From Octopus bimaculoides (Eukaryota), in the NCBI RefSeq assembly GCF_001194135.2, contig NC_068999.1, forward strand, positions 36,997,374 to 37,061,373: a stretch of DNA of 64,000 nucleotides, given 5' to 3'. A program made the position numbers and the translations under genes. Below the pieces are notes generated by a model. The model made no database searches. It saw nothing but the letters and a program-made list of their open reading frames with translations, and had not been told where the DNA came from. Shown piece after piece: positions 63,957 through 64,000 of the stretch (positions within the stretch are counted from its first letter, which is position 1; each line of letters begins with the position of its first letter).

Positions 63957-64000
<44 letters not shown>

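Noticed and set aside
62871-64000. A further DNAH1 exon (expected D.LR.LVQDSL-type sequence)
   Set aside because: No matching frame with splice sites found; the next exon probably lies beyond the window.

Overview
AT-rich, microsatellite- and retroelement-dense animal genomic scaffold with nine N-gaps. The repeat families and composition suggest a cephalopod, probably Octopus (inference; no database search was run). Two multi-exon motile-cilia genes lie in tandem on the + strand. (1) The last nine coding exons of an EFHC2 (Rib72-like, DM10 + EF-hand) gene span 4135-34541; all intron phases join consistently to a TAG stop, and the 5' exons lie upstream of the window. (2) The 5' part of an axonemal dynein heavy chain 1 (DNAH1) gene spans about 47174-62870 and continues past the window; a candidate RFX/CCAAT promoter lies near 43.1-43.2 kb. 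Introns and intergenic DNA hold decayed mariner transposons, Tc1/mariner and hAT MITEs, RTE, CR1-group, Dong/R4-like, HERO-like, Tx1-like and Penelope-like retroelements, tRNA-derived SINEs, and a Gypsy remnant between two 313-bp LTR-like direct repeats. The most unusual structures are: a Penelope 3' end carrying a tRNA-like Pol III cassette and a minimal hammerhead-ribozyme-like motif, duplicated as an inverted pair (59.3-59.9 kb); a ~745-bp nearly spacerless fold-back palindrome of a mariner fragment upstream of the first DNAH1 coding exon; and a Gypsy/Tx1 nest at 36-42 kb. All exon boundaries and alignments were read by eye.
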